Source: Dicyema japonicum
Lineage: Eukaryota; Animalia; Dicyemida
Reading direction: 5' to 3'
Assembly: GCA_011109175.1 (NCBI GenBank)
Contig: RDEW01000005.1
Span: 1,046,643-1,110,642, forward strand
DNA length: 64,000 bases
This document shows positions 61,690-64,000 of this stretch, piece after piece (position 1 is the stretch's first letter; each line of letters begins with the position of its first letter). The notes beneath the pieces are model-generated. The model searched no databases. It worked only from the letters and a program-made list of their open reading frames with translations, and had not been told where the DNA came from. Position numbers and translations under genes: made by a program.

Positions 61690-63950
61690 CTATGTAAGAA
61701 TATTCTTTGGTTAACAAATCAATTTTTTTATTGCCTTCTCAACAACAATGCTCATAAAATAAGTCGAATCTGCATTGAAAGCATTAAAATAGTCCAAACT
61801 ACGACTGATAGCCTACAGAGTAAACATCATCCAAACCTCATCCATATCCTTAGTCTTTCTTGGAATAACCTACAGATTTTGATAAGTGTTATTTGGATAG
61901 ACATAATTAGGTTAACTTCAGTAAAGTTCCAAGAATTATACATTTTTGTCATAACTAGCTGAAAGCATTCATTTACCGAAGAGAAGAACTGCCTAGGTAA
62001 GTTATTTGGATAGACATAATTAGGTTAACTTCAGTAAAGTTCCAAGAATTATACATTTTTGTCATAAATAGCTGAAAGCATTAATTTACCAAAGAGAAGA
62101 ACTGCTTAGGTAAATGATGATGTAAAACGTCTGAGATTCATCATGGCCTTTAAGGAAAATAGAGGAATTATTAAAATTTGACGGAATTGAATCGTACTTG
62201 TTGTTCTAATTTCGTTGAAATAATTTCCTTTAAATTAAAGTGCGAACCATAAAATCTTAAATAGTAAATGGTTAAGTTTTTTTCAAAAGCAGTAAGTAAC
62301 GGTCTTCAAGTGGGACATCTGCCGCTGCAACGAGATATCACATCCAGAATTTTAAGGGTTTTAACTGCAAAAAGGGGAATTGTTTTGAAACAACGATGGG
62401 CCCAGGTTGAAATGACAAAACTCAGTATTAAAGAACATAAGTTTTCAGAATTATGTGAAAAAGTTTCATCTTCACGTGACAATTGGATATTAGTTTGACT
62501 CTAGCTGCAACGAATCGCAAATATTCCCCTATCAAATGATTCTCAAACCTCAGCTAAGTCGTAATGGCGTCCAAGGGGATCTCCTCTGGATGNTGTTCTT
62601 GATTCCATTTATGTTGAGTTGGACTATTCTGGCTGGTTCAGGGTTTGCCTCAACGTCTCCGCAGCGGCACAGGCCTACCTGATTAATACACCTGTGGAGA
62701 TAGAAAAAAGTGTAGTTCTTTTTTTTCCAAATGCCACCACGTCGCGAGCCACATTGATCTTAATGAATGGATAAATTTTTACTGACTTGGTTTTCTATGT
62801 AAGAATATTCTCTGATTAACTAATCAATTTTTTATTGCTTTCTCAACAACAATGCTCATAAAATAAGTCAAATCCGCATTGAAAGCATTAAAATAGTCCA
62901 AACTACGACTGATAGCCTACAGAGTAAACATCATCCAAACCTCATCCATATCCTTAGTCTATCTTGGAATAACCTAGCAGATTTTGATAAGTGTTATTTG
63001 GATAGACATAATTAGGTTAACTTCAGTAAAGTTCCAAGAATTATACATTTTTGTCATAACTAGCTGAAAGCATTCATTTACCAAAGAGAAGAACTGCCTA
63101 GGTAAATAAAAATGTGGAACGTCTGAGATTCATCATGGCCATAAAGGGAAATAAAGAAATCATTAAAACTTGACGGAATGAAATCGTACTTGGAGTTTAG
63201 ATTTCGTTGAAATAATAACGTCTGAGATTCATCATGGCCATAAAGGGAAATAAAGAAATCATTAAAATTTGACGGAATGGAATCGTACTTGGAGTTTAGA
63301 TTTCGTTGAAATAATTTCCTTTAAAATAAAGTGCGAACCATAAAATCTCAAATAGTAAATGGTAAAGTTTTTTCAAAAGCAGTAATCAACGGTCCTTAAG
63401 TGGGACATCTGCCGCTGCAGCGAGACATCACATCCAGAATATTAAGGGTTTTAACTTCAAAAAGTGGGCGTTGTTTTGAAACAACGATGAGCCCAAATTG
63501 AAATGACAACACTCAGTATTAAAGAACATAAGCTTTCAGAAATAAGTGAAAAAGTTTCACCTACACGTGGCAATTGGATATTAGTTTGACTCTAGCAGCC
63601 ACGAATCGCAAATATTCCCCTATCAAATGGTTCTCAAACCTTAGGAAAGTCGTAATACCGTCCAAGGGGATCTCCTCTGAATGGTTGTTAAGTAATGATC
63701 CGTTTGGAATTAATTTAGGATTCCAACAATTTCCGAAAGTTTAGTTAAATTTATCAGTGATTACTCAAAAATCTTCTTAATTTCCTATATTTAATTGATA
63801 TATCATTCACTACTTTTAAATGTGGAAATAATGAACCAAGTGTGATATCTGTTAGTTTAAATTAAATTAGTATGTTAACTAAAATCCAACCAAGAAGTAA
63901 GCTTGATACTTTGGAAGGACGAGATATGGACGAAGTAACTAACTTACGCT
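61690..63950 (-). pseudogene. Duplicated, intron-bearing gene remnant of unknown product
   Basis: Two diverged copies (about 61690-62590 and 62770-63690) with 23-26 nt GT-AG segments (e.g. gtttggatgatgtttactctgtag) between short open frames that contain stops. Confidence 0.4.
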
Positions 63951-64000
63951 CCTGAGTGCTTACTACAAAATTAAAATCATTTGTTGTACTTGTGAAGCTC

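Overview
AT-rich, transposon-dense metazoan genomic DNA whose genes are split by many tiny GT-AG introns, mostly 21-27 nt. The intron size, animal-type CTR9/ArgRS/FBXL13 and a motile-cilium gene best fit a dicyemid mesozoan; this is inference, and other reduced parasitic animals are not excluded. I reconstructed eight protein genes by hand. Four look intact: EXOC7/Exo70, HisRS, ArgRS and MsrA. Four carry apparent lesions: FBXL13/DRC6, a C-type lectin-mucin membrane protein, SPT LCB2 and CTR9. There is one tRNA-Lys(UUU). Most remaining DNA is decayed mobile elements: Ingi/Vingi-like APE-RT LINEs with 2A-like motifs, RTE, CRE-type RLE LINEs, two tRNA-SINE families, a Buster-type hAT, a Ginger-like integrase and a non-autonomous Helitron with both ends, plus two minisatellites. 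The top observation is that MsrA has an in-frame TGA exactly at the catalytic Cys (GMA-U-FW) and a SECIS-like hairpin right after its stop, i.e. a probable selenoprotein missed by the ORF track. Other highlights: two minisatellites 21 kb apart sharing two 12-bp boxes in rearranged orientation, NPEP variants of the StopGo motif, and a triplicated exon module in Exo70. All alignments were by eye or from memory, and repeat boundaries are approximate.
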